From Calditrichia bacterium (lineage in GTDB: Bacteria; Calditrichota; Calditrichia; JAJRVZ01), in contig CAWCNS010000007.1 of assembly GCA_963796965.1 (NCBI GenBank), forward strand, positions 256,001 through 320,000: a DNA stretch of 64,000 bases, in the 5' to 3' direction. The position numbers were made by a program, and so were the translations under genes. The notes under the pieces were generated by a model. It was not told the origin of the DNA and searched no databases. It was given only the letters and a program-made list of their open reading frames with translations. Numbering within the stretch: the stretch's first letter is position 1; every line of letters begins with the position of its first letter. This document shows positions 43,025 through 53,772 of this stretch, piece after piece.

Positions 43025-45121
43025 ATGATAATTTCCAAATCTGTTGAATTAGGAAATAACACACTCATAATTGAGACAGGTCGCTTAGCACGCCAGGCAG
43101 ACGGTGCTGTGACAATACGATGTGGCGATACCATGGTACTGGTAACAGCTGTTGCTTCGCAAGAAGCAAGGGAAGATCTGGGCTTTTTTCCTTTGACTGT
43201 GGAGTATCGTGAAAAGACCTATGCGGCGGGCAGAATACCTGGTGGTTTTTTTAAAAGAGAAGGCAGGCCGTCGGAAAAAGAAATCCTTTCGGCTCGATTA
43301 ATTGATCGCCCGATTAGGCCTTTGTTCCCTGAGGCGTTCAAGAATGAAACGCAGATAATTGCCACCATCATTTCTATGGACAAAGAAAATGATGCTGATG
43401 TATTGGCAGCCGTCGGTGCTTCTGCAGCCCTTAGTATTTCAGATATTCCATTTGAGGGGCCAATTGCAGCTGTAAGAGTTTCTAAAATAGATGGCAATCT
43501 GGTTATCAATCCCACGATGAGTGAAATGGAGAATTGTTCATTTGAGTTGATTGTTTCCGGTTCGGAGGATTCAATCGTTATGGTTGAAGGTGAAGCAAAG
43601 GAGATTGGTGAAACTGAACTTCTGGAAGCCATTAAATTCGCACATGAATCAATTATAAAGTTGATTGACCTTCAAAAGGAGTTAGTTAAAGAAATTAACC
43701 CGACCAAAAGAGAGGTTGAGGTCCCGGAATTACCTGACGGATTAGAGGCTAAAGTAAGCAAATTGTCAATGGAAAATATAAAAAAAGCCATTCAGATTCG
43801 CGAAAAAAAGGAAAGGCGTGCCGCTTTAAAAGCAGTAAAAACAGAAGTTCTTGAAGCATTAGCTGAGGATTATCCTGAAAGTGAAAAGAAAATTGGCGAA
43901 ATTCTTCATGATATCGAAAAAGTTGAAACCAGAAGTATGATGCTGTCGAGTGGTGTTCGCCTGGATGGCAGAAGTGAGGACGATATCAGAGATATTACGT
44001 GCGAAGTGGGTTTTTTACCCAGATCGCATGGTTCTGCTGTGTTTACCAGAGGGCAGACACAGGCTCTTGGCACAACCACATTAGGAACAAAACTAGATGA
44101 ACAGTTAATCGATGCTTTAGAAGGTAGTAGTTATAAAAAATATATGCTTCATTATAATTTCCCTCCTTTTTGTACCGGAGAGGCTAAACCGATACGCGGT
44201 ACCAGTCGACGTGAAATTGGACATGGTAATTTGGCCGAACGGGCGTTAAAACCTGTTATTCCAAATAATGGAAGTTTTCCGTATACGATACGGATAGTCT
44301 CAGATGTATTAGAATCAAATGGATCTTCCTCCATGGCCACGGTCTGTTCTGGTTCACTCTCATTGATGGATGCTGGCGTACCAATAAAATCAGCTGTCGC
44401 GGGTATAGCCATGGGATTGATCAAAGAGGGTGATAAAACGATGATTCTTTCCGATATTCTTGGAGATGAGGATCATCTTGGCGATATGGATTTCAAAGTT
44501 GCCGGTACACGCACAGGGATTACAGCCATTCAGATGGATATAAAGATAAAAGGAATATCCTTTGAAATAATGGAAAATGCGTTAGAAAGAGCAAATAAAG
44601 GCCGCGTGCATATTCTATCTGAAATGGACAAGGCGCTTGAGGCACCACGTGATGATTTATCGCGACATGCACCGCGAATTGAATCTATGATGATTCCAAC
44701 TGACAAAATTGGCATGGTGATCGGACCTGGTGGTAAGACGATTAAGAAAATTATAGAAGAAAATGGGGTAAGTATTGATATTGATGATGATGGAAAAGTT
44801 AATATTGCCTCTGAAGACTCTGAAAAAGTGAAAAAAGCAATGGCCCAGGTAAGCGCTTTGGTCAAAGTGCCTGAAATTGGTGAACATTATAATGGTACGG
44901 TTCGTCGCGTGACAAATTTTGGCGCTTTTGTTGAAATTCTGCCAGGAAAAGATGGTATGATCCATATTTCAGAACTGGATACAAAGCGTACTGAAAAGGT
45001 AACAGATGTTCTCAATGTCGGGGACAATGTTGACGTCATCGTTAAAAAGGTAGATCAGGATGGCAAAGTTGGCTTAAGTCGTAAGGAATTTCTGCTTAAA
45101 CAAGAGAAAAAAGAGGATTAA
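43025..45121 (+). CDS. pnp: polyribonucleotide nucleotidyltransferase
   Basis: FFPLTVEY, RREIGHG, SNGSSSMA, GDMDFKVAG, KH and S1 domains. Confidence 0.98.
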   Translation: MIISKSVELGNNTLIIETGRLARQADGAVTIRCGDTMVLVTAVASQEAREDLGFFPLTVEYREKTYAAGRIPGGFFKREGRPSEKEILSARLIDRPIRPLFPEAFKNETQIIATIISMDKENDADVLAAVGASAALSISDIPFEGPIAAVRVSKIDGNLVINPTMSEMENCSFELIVSGSEDSIVMVEGEAKEIGETELLEAIKFAHESIIKLIDLQKELVKEINPTKREVEVPELPDGLEAKVSKLSMENIKKAIQIREKKERRAALKAVKTEVLEALAEDYPESEKKIGEILHDIEKVETRSMMLSSGVRLDGRSEDDIRDITCEVGFLPRSHGSAVFTRGQTQALGTTTLGTKLDEQLIDALEGSSYKKYMLHYNFPPFCTGEAKPIRGTSRREIGHGNLAERALKPVIPNNGSFPYTIRIVSDVLESNGSSSMATVCSGSLSLMDAGVPIKSAVAGIAMGLIKEGDKTMILSDILGDEDHLGDMDFKVAGTRTGITAIQMDIKIKGISFEIMENALERANKGRVHILSEMDKALEAPRDDLSRHAPRIESMMIPTDKIGMVIGPGGKTIKKIIEENGVSIDIDDDGKVNIASEDSEKVKKAMAQVSALVKVPEIGEHYNGTVRRVTNFGAFVEILPGKDGMIHISELDTKRTEKVTDVLNVGDNVDVIVKKVDQDGKVGLSRKEFLLKQEKKED

Positions 45122-45199
45122 CCGAAATATTATATTAATTTCAGTCGGACTTGTTTCTTAATTTGAGATAATTAGATTAAGTTAAAGTTCGAATAAATC

Positions 45200-45232
45200 A
45201 GGATCGGATAACATACCTTCCGATCCTTTTTT
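45200..45232 (+). terminator. intrinsic terminator after pnp
   Basis: AGGATCGGA...TCCGATCCTTTTTT. Confidence 0.75.
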
Positions 45233-45352
45233 AACTATAATTTGTTTTCCTGTTAAGTATATGATTATATATATTTTTTATTGATAATAATTAATAATCG
45301 CCACAGTCGGTGCGCCGTTTCGTGAAAAAAGTTACTCTAAGGATAAGTATAA

Positions 45353-46600
45353 GTGCATACCATAGATAAAAATAATTTTGAAAAAACTGTTTTAGAGAAT
45401 GGTGTAACTGTCATTAGTGAAAAGATTGACTCTGTGAGATCAATTGCCATTGGTGTTTGGGTAAAAAGTGGCAGTCGGGTAGAAAAAACCTCCCAGAGTG
45501 GCACCGCCCATTTTTTAGAACATATGATCTTTAAGGGCACCAAGAAACGTAGTCCCTTAAAGATTGCCCAGAGCCTAGAATCTTTGGGCGGCCATCTTAA
45601 TGCATTTACCGGTAAAGAGGTAACCTGCTATTTTGGAAATGCCCTAGATAATCATCTTAAAAATGCGGTTGAGGTGTTGGCTGACATTGTTTGTCATTCT
45701 ACCTTTCCGGAAAAGGAAATCGAACGTGAGCGGACCGTTATTCTAGAAGAAATAAAATCTACCAAAGATACACCTGAAGATTATGTCTTCGATATTTTTC
45801 AGGAAAAAGTATTCCCTAAGAGTTCTTTGGGTAGACCAATTCTAGGCGAAGAAGAAATTATTAATAATATGCAGCGGGATGATGTTTTCTCCTTTTGGCA
45901 GAAAAATTATTCCGGTCAAAATGTGATTATCTCAGCAGCGGGAAATCTCAGACATGAAAAATTATTAATGTTGGTTGAGAAATACTTTGATTTCAATGGA
46001 AGCCATACTCACAATATAAAAAAATCGGTGAAAACTGCTACAGGAAAGACCTATTATATTGATCAACCGATCAGCCAGGCTCATTTATGTATGGGAGGGG
46101 AAAGTATCCCCTATATGTCAGAAGACAGATTCCCATTAATGATCCTCAATACGTATTTGGGTGGGGGAATGAGTTCGCGACTTTTTCAACAAATTAGAGA
46201 GAAAAGAGGATTAGCCTATTCTGTCTATTCTTTTCTTGATTTTTATTCAGACGTGGGCCTTTTTGGTATTTATGCTGGAACTGATCCACAAAATTTAGAT
46301 ATATTACAAAAAGTACTAAAAGTTGAATTACAGCGAGTGGTCGAAGAGCCTATTAAAAAAGGTGTATTAAATAAGATTAAAAACCAACTAAAGGGTAATT
46401 TGGTATTAGCCCTTGAAAGTACTTCTCGACGGATGTCCCGCCTTGCAAAAAATGAGATATATTTTGGGAATTATATCGGTCTTGATTCTCTAATTGAGAG
46501 AATTGATAATGTGCATGAATCGGATGTCCTGGCGGTTGCCCAAAAAGTTATTAAACCGGAAGATTTTATTACCGTAACCCTTTGTCCCCAAAAGCAGTAA
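45353..46600 (+). CDS. M16 family zinc peptidase
   Basis: AHFLEHMIFKGT (HxxEH), LNAFT, SSRLFQQIREKRGLAYSV. Confidence 0.93.
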   Translation: MHTIDKNNFEKTVLENGVTVISEKIDSVRSIAIGVWVKSGSRVEKTSQSGTAHFLEHMIFKGTKKRSPLKIAQSLESLGGHLNAFTGKEVTCYFGNALDNHLKNAVEVLADIVCHSTFPEKEIERERTVILEEIKSTKDTPEDYVFDIFQEKVFPKSSLGRPILGEEEIINNMQRDDVFSFWQKNYSGQNVIISAAGNLRHEKLLMLVEKYFDFNGSHTHNIKKSVKTATGKTYYIDQPISQAHLCMGGESIPYMSEDRFPLMILNTYLGGGMSSRLFQQIREKRGLAYSVYSFLDFYSDVGLFGIYAGTDPQNLDILQKVLKVELQRVVEEPIKKGVLNKIKNQLKGNLVLALESTSRRMSRLAKNEIYFGNYIGLDSLIERIDNVHESDVLAVAQKVIKPEDFITVTLCPQKQ

Positions 46601-46606
46601 TCTAAA

Positions 46607-47716
46607 ATGAAAATTGGTTTAATAAAAGAAATGAAGCCCTTTGAGCATCGTGTTATGCTCAATCCCATAGCAATAAAAGAATTGGTAGGGAATGGTCACG
46701 AAGTATTTGTTGAGAGTGATGCTGGGAAAGAGAGTGGTTATACAAATAAAGAATATGAAGGTATGGGAGCCACTACAGTACCAACACCGGAGAAGGTCTT
46801 TGAAAAGAGCGATATTTTATTAAAAATTCAGCCGCCGATGCCAATTGAATATGAACTACTTCAGAAAGACCATTTGATATTTTCGCTCATTTTCCCCCAA
46901 AATAACTTGGAGAGACTTTCCGCACTGCAAAAATCGAATGCTATCTTTTTTGCCGGTGAACTAATCAAACCCATTTATCAGGTTATGGACGAAATTGCAG
47001 GCAAAGTGGCAGTAAATCAGGCAGTAAAATATCTTGAGCGGGATATTGGTGCAAAGGGAATTCTTTTTTCAGGTGCTTGTGGTTTACCTGGTGCCAATGT
47101 TTGCATCTTAGGATGTGGGCCTTCTGGAATATCGGCGGCAAAACAAGCCTTGGATTATGGCGCTAAAGTAAATATTGTTGGTGAGGATTATCAAAAGTTA
47201 CTCTCCTTTAAATCCACTCATCCCTCTGAGAACTTAAATGTTTTTGAATACGATCGTGGGTTTCTTAACACATTGTTGATAGATACAGATGTTTTAATTG
47301 CCTCAACCCAAGCCAGAGGTAAGATATCTGAAATAAAAGTCAACAAAGAAGACCTAAAGTTACTGAGCGCAGGAACCCTTGTTGTGGATCTTTCAATCCA
47401 ACAAGGAGATTTAATTGAAACTTCGCGCCAGACAATACAAGAAGATCCAATTTATATGAGGGATGAAGTCCTATTTTATGTGGTTCCGGACCTTCCTGCA
47501 GCCGTCCCCAGGACCTCATCCGAAATATTATCTAATTCAATAATAAGATATATCAAACAACTTTCCGACATGGGATTTGAAGAAGCTATTGCCATTAGTC
47601 CTGAATTAAGAGAAAGTCTATATCTATACCGCGGAAAAATCGTCAATCAAATTCTTGCCGAAGAAGATGGATTTGAAAAGTATGACGTACTGGAGTTAAT
47701 AGAATCTAATATATGA
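46607..47716 (+). CDS. alanine dehydrogenase-like protein with divergent active site
   Basis: MKIGLIKE...EHRV, GHEVFVESDAG, EIAGKVA, GCGPSG, ETSRQT, PAAVPRTSS. Confidence 0.8.
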   Translation: MKIGLIKEMKPFEHRVMLNPIAIKELVGNGHEVFVESDAGKESGYTNKEYEGMGATTVPTPEKVFEKSDILLKIQPPMPIEYELLQKDHLIFSLIFPQNNLERLSALQKSNAIFFAGELIKPIYQVMDEIAGKVAVNQAVKYLERDIGAKGILFSGACGLPGANVCILGCGPSGISAAKQALDYGAKVNIVGEDYQKLLSFKSTHPSENLNVFEYDRGFLNTLLIDTDVLIASTQARGKISEIKVNKEDLKLLSAGTLVVDLSIQQGDLIETSRQTIQEDPIYMRDEVLFYVVPDLPAAVPRTSSEILSNSIIRYIKQLSDMGFEEAIAISPELRESLYLYRGKIVNQILAEEDGFEKYDVLELIESNI

Positions 47717-47899
47717 TAAATCTTCACCATGTTATATATTTATTCTCTCGCAGAGGCGCCAAGGCAAAGACTTTAAGAAAAAGAAAAATGATAAAAAATT
47801 TAGTACGGGTAATTGGATAAGTTACTTGGAATAAATGCTCATTTATCTACTAAATTCTGATAAGTAATTCGTATAATTCGTGGATCAATCCTAATACCT

Positions 47900-48688
47900 G
47901 TGGATACATTCAAAAACATACCGATTCTCACCTACCATAAAATCTCTGATGCGAAAGAATTTGGCCTAACAACAATTTCTCCCTTAAATTTTGACAAGCA
48001 ATTAAACATTTTAAAAGATTTAGAATATAATCCTATCACTTTCAGAGATCTATACCAAGGCGGTGGGCAACCAATAAAACCTATTATTATTACCTTTGAC
48101 GATGGTTATGAGAGTGTTTATAACAACGCATTGCCTATTCTGGATAAATATGGATTTAAAAGTGTTGTCTATCTTATCACAGATTTCATTGGCAAGTACA
48201 ACACATGGGAAGCCGTGTCTTTCCAACAAAAATACAAGCATTTGTCCCTACCACAATTAAAGGATTTACAGAAGAAGGGATTTGAGATTGCGTCGCATGG
48301 AAAATCCCACCGTTATTTACCCTCATTAAAGGACGAAGAGGTGCGGGATGAGGTTGAAAATTCAAAAAAGTTTTTAGAGGACCTGACAGGGGAGAGGACC
48401 CTCAGTTTTTGTTATCCCTATGGAAAATCAAGTAAGCGGATTCTGGAATTGGTAAAAAAAGCAGGTTATAGTTTCGCCACTCAAAATATATCAATACTTA
48501 ATCTATCCCATCTCAATCCATTTGCCCTGACCCGCAGAAGTATTTACGCTACAGATAGCTTAAATATATTTAGGTCAAAAGTTGAAAATCCTTTTAATCT
48601 AAATATTTCAAGCATTTCTGAATCGATCATACAAAAAGGTGCCCTGGCCAGCATTGCCTTAAACTACATCAAAAACATTCGAAAATGA
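47900..48688 (+). CDS. polysaccharide deacetylase (CE4)
   Basis: PILTYHKI, ITFDDGY, SHGKSH, FCYPYG. Confidence 0.92.
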   Translation: MDTFKNIPILTYHKISDAKEFGLTTISPLNFDKQLNILKDLEYNPITFRDLYQGGGQPIKPIIITFDDGYESVYNNALPILDKYGFKSVVYLITDFIGKYNTWEAVSFQQKYKHLSLPQLKDLQKKGFEIASHGKSHRYLPSLKDEEVRDEVENSKKFLEDLTGERTLSFCYPYGKSSKRILELVKKAGYSFATQNISILNLSHLNPFALTRRSIYATDSLNIFRSKVENPFNLNISSISESIIQKGALASIALNYIKNIRK

Positions 48689-48839
48689 TAGAATAATCAT
48701 GCAAATACGCCAAGCCGCAGAGAAATCTAATAAAAATACAAAAATAATATCAAACGCGTATAGGGAACAGGGTAATAAGATAAAACTATTGCCAATAATA
48801 TATCACGAATGACCTTAATTTTAAGAGGTAATTAGTGGT

Positions 48840-48927
48840 GTCATCCTGCAAGGATCTTCCTCCTTGTCGGTTATATATATATTACAGTTCCTATCCCGAG
48901 AGAGGATTCCGTTCCGAGACGGAATAA
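48840..48927. repeat. palindromic intergenic repeat (family B), copy 1
   Basis: GTCATCCTG..GGATCTTCCT.CTTGTCG...TTCCTATCCCGAGA...CCGTTCCG.GA..GAAT, shared with 56761-56856. Confidence 0.75.
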
Positions 48928-49128
48928 AATAAATAATATAACAAATGCGTGAAATTCGTTTTGAATTTGCATAATTCGGCGAAAATTTTTCTTGGTCTCT
49001 TGCCGCCTTTGCGGAATCTCTATCTTTCCGTGTCCCACGCCCATTCATTTAATTAAAATCTCAATTTTTACTTGATATTAATTGCAATTAGTCCATATCT
49101 TTAGTAAAACTTTAAATAATGGTGATGT

Positions 49129-49449
49129 ATGGATGGCTATTCAATAGGTAAGGTAAGTAAGATTGTAGATTTGCCCCAGTCGGTTCTTAGATATTGGGAA
49201 ACGGTTTTTGATGTGTTTGATCCTTATAAGTCAGAGGGTGGTACACGGCGATATTCCCAGTCCGATATAGATATCGTCCTGGAAATAAAAGATTTGTTAT
49301 ATAAAAGAAAATTTACCATTGCCGGTGCGCAACATGCCTTAGCCAATCGCGACCACCAGACACCCGCCGCGACAGAAGTTAATGCAGATCTTATTGAAAT
49401 CGGCAATGAGATTGATGAGATCATTGAGGAACTGAGCAAAGATCATTAA
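49129..49449 (+). CDS. MerR family transcriptional regulator
   Basis: YSIGKVS, VLRYWE, GTRRYS, FTIAGA. Confidence 0.9.
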   Translation: MDGYSIGKVSKIVDLPQSVLRYWETVFDVFDPYKSEGGTRRYSQSDIDIVLEIKDLLYKRKFTIAGAQHALANRDHQTPAATEVNADLIEIGNEIDEIIEELSKDH

Positions 49450-49684
49450 CTCACCGCAATTCAAATACTTTCCACGAATTACACTAATTAGGTCGAATTT
49501 CACGATTCTTTTTTAAGATTAAAGAATTCTTCATAATTAATTAGTAATTGTTTTCCATTATTACCTTGTTTCCTATGTCTATTCGATATTATTTTTGTAT
49601 TTTGTATAAAATATTACTGCGGATCTTCGTCTTTGCGAGAGGAAAAGAGTTCGTCATCCACATTCTGTAGCCTGATACAAGGGC

Positions 49685-49713
49685 TTGATTTTAGTATAAA
49701 GGTGAGGTAAATT
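49685..49713 (+). promoter_or_regulatory. sigma70-like tRNA promoter
   Basis: TTGATT-N17-TAAATT, 14 bp before the tRNA. Confidence 0.65.
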
Positions 49714-49727
49714 TAATTTTAATTGTT

Positions 49728-49802
49728 CGGAGCGTGGCGCAGTCCGGTTAGCGTACATGACTGGGGGTCATGGGGTCGGAGGTTCAAATCCTCTCGCTCC
49801 GA
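49728..49802 (+). tRNA. tRNA-Pro(GGG), CCA not encoded
   Basis: Acceptor CGGAGCG/CGCTCCG, anticodon arm CATGA-CTGGGGG-TCATG, T-loop GGTTCAAATCC. Confidence 0.96.
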
Positions 49803-49807
49803 CAGAT

Positions 49808-49846
49808 AAAGCCATAGCACTTTGGTGCTTTGGCTTTTTCTTTTTT
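49808..49846. terminator. terminator after tRNA-Pro, possibly bidirectional
   Basis: AAAGCCATAGCAC/GTGCTTTGGCTTT followed by a T-run. Confidence 0.7.
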
Positions 49847-51222
49847 AGTCCACCTGAATTTTATAGACACGCAGCATAGATGCCTCAGGAAGTGGGCCAC
49901 TTCTGGGTCTATCGCGATTAAATGGCAAAGTTTCCCAACGCAAACGATATTGGACTGCATCCGATTGAGTCCCGACATTAATATCATCTATCCATTGAAC
50001 CGTCATTCCTTCAAAATTAGATGCAGAGGCCATAAGGTGTTTCGGTACACTTGGAGGAATTTCCGCATCACCGATGACCATTAAAGTCTGTGGATCTAGT
50101 TCCCATGTGCCCTCGCCATGCTTCTTGTTTCGCCACGATTGCACCAATCTGCCATCAGGAAGGATAACTAACGGTTTCGCGAGGATATCGATGAGAATTG
50201 CGCCATTCCCGCCAAAGTCCCAACGGGTTTGCCAGGAGCTGGCTGGTCGTACATTCCAGGTATTTTCCTCCCAGCGGGCAAGAAATATCTGGCTATTCCC
50301 TTTAGTATCATATTTGTGATAGCTGATTATCGCACGATCGTCGGGATCAAAGTCTGACATAATGCCCGACATTAATCAGGCCGTTCTGGGTGGAAACAGG
50401 ATCCACAATCACCTCTTTGTTATCGGGGGTGATTGGCAATGTGACGTGAGCGCCGCTCGCCGTCTCCCAATTTACAAAATCGCGGCTTCGGGCATAAGAA
50501 ATATCATGATTCGACCGGGCATCGGGCGTATCCCGCCACATCCATAAAAGATGAAAGTAGCCATCAGGCCCTTTGACAGGCGGTCCGGAAGGATAGGCAT
50601 TCATGCTATGAGCACGCCCATTGAGCAGGGGTGTCTGTAGCAGCCGTTTCCATGATTTACTTTCTTCGTCATACACATTTACCAGCCGTTCGCCGTCTCC
50701 GCTGGATCCATTACGATACATAAAAAGCAACCGGCCATCGTGATCATGCATAAAAGCAGGGTAGGTGACTTTATTTTCCGCTTCTTCCGTCATTCGGTGG
50801 ACAGGTTTTATGCTGGTTACATCCAAAGGTTTTTCACTACGGAAATATACCAGAGGCTGGTTATGCATATTTCCGCTGATGTGCAGGCAGTAATCACTGT
50901 CTAATGTGATCGTTACACTGTTGTGTGAATCCCATCCCAGCTGAGAGGGCAATCGCTGAATCGTCCAGTTAGCCTCATTTAGTTTTCTTGAGGCGACTGT
51001 CATTTCCCGCTTTTCATTATAATAGACCACAAATTGCTGATCGTGATGTGTCAGAAGACTAAATCCAACCGGATGGCCACTCCACACCTTCTCAATATCA
51101 ACCTGTTCAATTATTTTGGATTCATTGTCCGGTGTGCTGCAATAGAATGCAGTCGTAGCTGCCACGAGGAAGAGAACTACTGTGAATGGACAGGAATTTA
51201 CATGGAAATTCATTGTTTTCAT
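49845..51222 (-). CDS. BNR-4 repeat beta-propeller exported protein (frameshift near 50365)
   Basis: QFVVYY, WDSHN, LHISGNMH, TYPAF, YRNGSSGDG, WMWRDTPD, NHDISYARSRD..W. Confidence 0.8.
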
Positions 51223-51555
51223 TAAATGTATACGCCCTTTCTATTTGTTTTAGGCATACTTTTTAAAAAAAGGCAGCACAGGAAAACAGGTATGAATTAA
51301 AAAGTATAATTAATTCGTATTTTCTTTTAAATTACACATAAAATAAGATTCAGACCAACCTGGCTTCTATGGTTATTTCAAATTGGTTATAATATTAATC
51401 TGAGATAATGGATAGGGGATATGAAACGCATAATTGAATTGCAAAATGAGTTTTTATAATTTTTCGCAGGGTATGTAGGTAAACTTTTAATGTAGCGGAA
51501 CTGATAACATCTAAAGCGTTCAATTAATGATTATTGCTAAAAGGAGAGTAATAAA

Positions 51556-51711
51556 ATGATGGGAGAAATCTTAGTTAATAAAGGTATCATAACACTAAAA
51601 CAATTGGATGAAGCACTCGATCTGCAGAGAAGCAGCGGGGATAAATTGGGTGATGCCATAATTAAACTTGGATTTGTTACAAAAGAACAGATTGAAGAGG
51701 CTCTTAAATAG
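51556..51711 (+). CDS. standalone MshEN-like miniprotein, 51 aa (not in ORF track)
   Basis: AAGGAG RBS; MMGEILVNKGIITLKQLDEALDLQRSSGDKLGDAIIKLGFVTKEQIEEALK*. Confidence 0.8.
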   Translation: MMGEILVNKGIITLKQLDEALDLQRSSGDKLGDAIIKLGFVTKEQIEEALK

Positions 51712-52020
51712 ACTTGTTGGTCCTTAAAATTATGGTAAATTTCAAAATTTTGACGTATAACTCCGGCCCGTCGGCAGGACTCTATAATGGAGACCAGATG
51801 GTTCGCTGGCCTGCTAACTGGTCTTTTTATGAAAATCCGGACTATTCCATTTTCCTGAATAACACCTTCAAATAGTCTTCTAATACCTCCCATTTTTGCT
51901 CATATAACCTATACCGCGAGCATAATTCAATCCTAAAAATTATTCTGAAAAATTAGAGAAATTAGTATATATTAGTGTCAATCGTTGATGATAAAAATTC
52001 ACTCCAGCTAGGAGATCTCC

Positions 52021-53632
52021 TTGAAAAGAAGAAGATTCCTGCAGCAATCAGCGGCCCTTACAGGCGCTTTATCAACGGGGCTCATACCCGGATCAGATGC
52101 TGATGCGATAAAAAGGGAAAGAGCCAGACCCGGTACACCTAATTTTCTTTTTATTATGACTGATCAACAACGCTATGATAGTATCGGCGCTAATGGAAAA
52201 CCCCATATTAAAACTCCCTACTTGGATAAATTGGCAGACAAATCTGCCAATTTTACTAATGCTTATGTGCAAGCGCCCATCTGCACCCCTTCCCGGGCCT
52301 GTTTTTTTACCGGACGTTATGCCCATGCCCATAAAAATAGGGTTAATTATACAGAACTGAACGAAAAGGAAACATTATTACCAAAATATTTACAACAGGT
52401 CGGATATCAGACATCTCTGGTCGGAAAAACTCACCTCTATTATCATTATCCACCAACCAAAGCTGAGGCGAAACGTACTGGTTTTGATAGTGTCGACTTG
52501 CATGATGGCGTCCCTAATACCGATCCCTTCTCAGATTATTATACATGGCGCAATGAGAATGATCCCCTGAGAAGCCTACAATACCGTACTCTTGCCAAAG
52601 ATGTTCCGGAGTTAAAATCGGATCTTTCAGCAACCAGTAATCCCTTTCGAGCAGCTGATTGACCAAAAATATAGCGATACTGCCTGGACGGGGATGAAAA
52701 CCCGAGAGCGTATCAGAGAGTTATCAAATTCCGATAAGCCCTTTTTTCTCTTTTCATCCTTCTGGAAACCACACTCACCCTATGAAGTGCATGCGCCCTA
52801 TGATACCCTGTATAACGATGTGGATTTTGATCTTCCCCGGCAGGAAACCAGGGAGAGTATTCTAAAATTACCACCCCATGTGGTCCGGGTAATCCTACGT
52901 AATGAATACAGAAAAAATCGAAAGCCGGTCTACGACATGGACAGAGAGAAACTGCAATGGTTATATCGCAGCTATTATGGCACTGTCAGCCATATTGATG
53001 CTGAAATTGGCCGGATTATCCAAACTTTAAACGAGGTTGGTCTGGCAGACAATACGGTCATCATATTTACGTCAGATCATGGTGATCAGCTGTTAGAGCA
53101 CGGCAATACAGACAAAAGTGTTTTTTATGAAAGTTCGGTTCATGTGCCGTTTATGATCAGCTTTCCGAATCATATAAAACCCGGACAATATGATGATCTG
53201 GTGATGTCGATTGATTTATTGCCAACTCTTTTTAATCTGCTCGGTCTGAAGGAGCCCTATCACTGTCACGGTCAGAGCCTGCTACCCCTCATTGGTAATT
53301 CTGATCAAGGCTATAAGCCCAGGGATTTAGTGTATTGTGAGCATAACATACCCGAGGTTTTCCTGAATCTCTTTAACTTTGAGAAGGGGAAGGGTGTGAT
53401 GGATATTCGTCATCCCGAAGGAAAAATGATTCGCGGCAAACGCTGGAAATTTAATTATTATCCAAAAGGATTCGAGGAATTATATGATTTAGTGAACGAT
53501 CCGAACGAATATACGAATCTGGCCGCAGATCCTGGCTATAAGGCTGTCGTCGATGAAATGAAAGGTCATCTTCTCGATTGGATGATCACGGCTACGGAGA
53601 CGGATCAAATTGCGCCGAGATGGCTAATCTGA
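52021..53632 (+). CDS. Tat-exported Cys-type sulfatase (frameshift near 52655)
   Basis: MKRRRFL Tat signal, MTDQQR, CTPSR, GKTH, KPHSPY, FTSDHGD, ELYDLVNDP. Confidence 0.92.
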
Positions 53633-53772
53633 TGTCATACCACCTTTATCTGCCATTATTCCTTTCTCTAATGCGGTTAGATTAGATAACGTAAGGAAAT
53701 TTACATTTTTATATGTAAATTTGATTTATCTATTATCAATAAGAGAATATGATAAACGGGATAACAATCACC

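Noticed and set aside
36475..44965. Antisense ORFs over nusA, infB, truB and pnp, and similar ones elsewhere
   Set aside because: Shadow frames of conserved genes with no recognisable motifs.
51270..51510. c-di-GMP riboswitch or sigma28 promoter upstream of the MshEN miniprotein
   Set aside because: GCACAGGAAAAC lacks the rest of the riboswitch structure; TAAACTTT...ACTGATAA has spacing off by one and mismatches.
51537..51893. 118-aa minus-strand ORF with a faintly antitoxin-like N-terminus
   Set aside because: It overlaps the better-supported MshEN ORF antisense, has no toxin partner, and the similarity is too weak.
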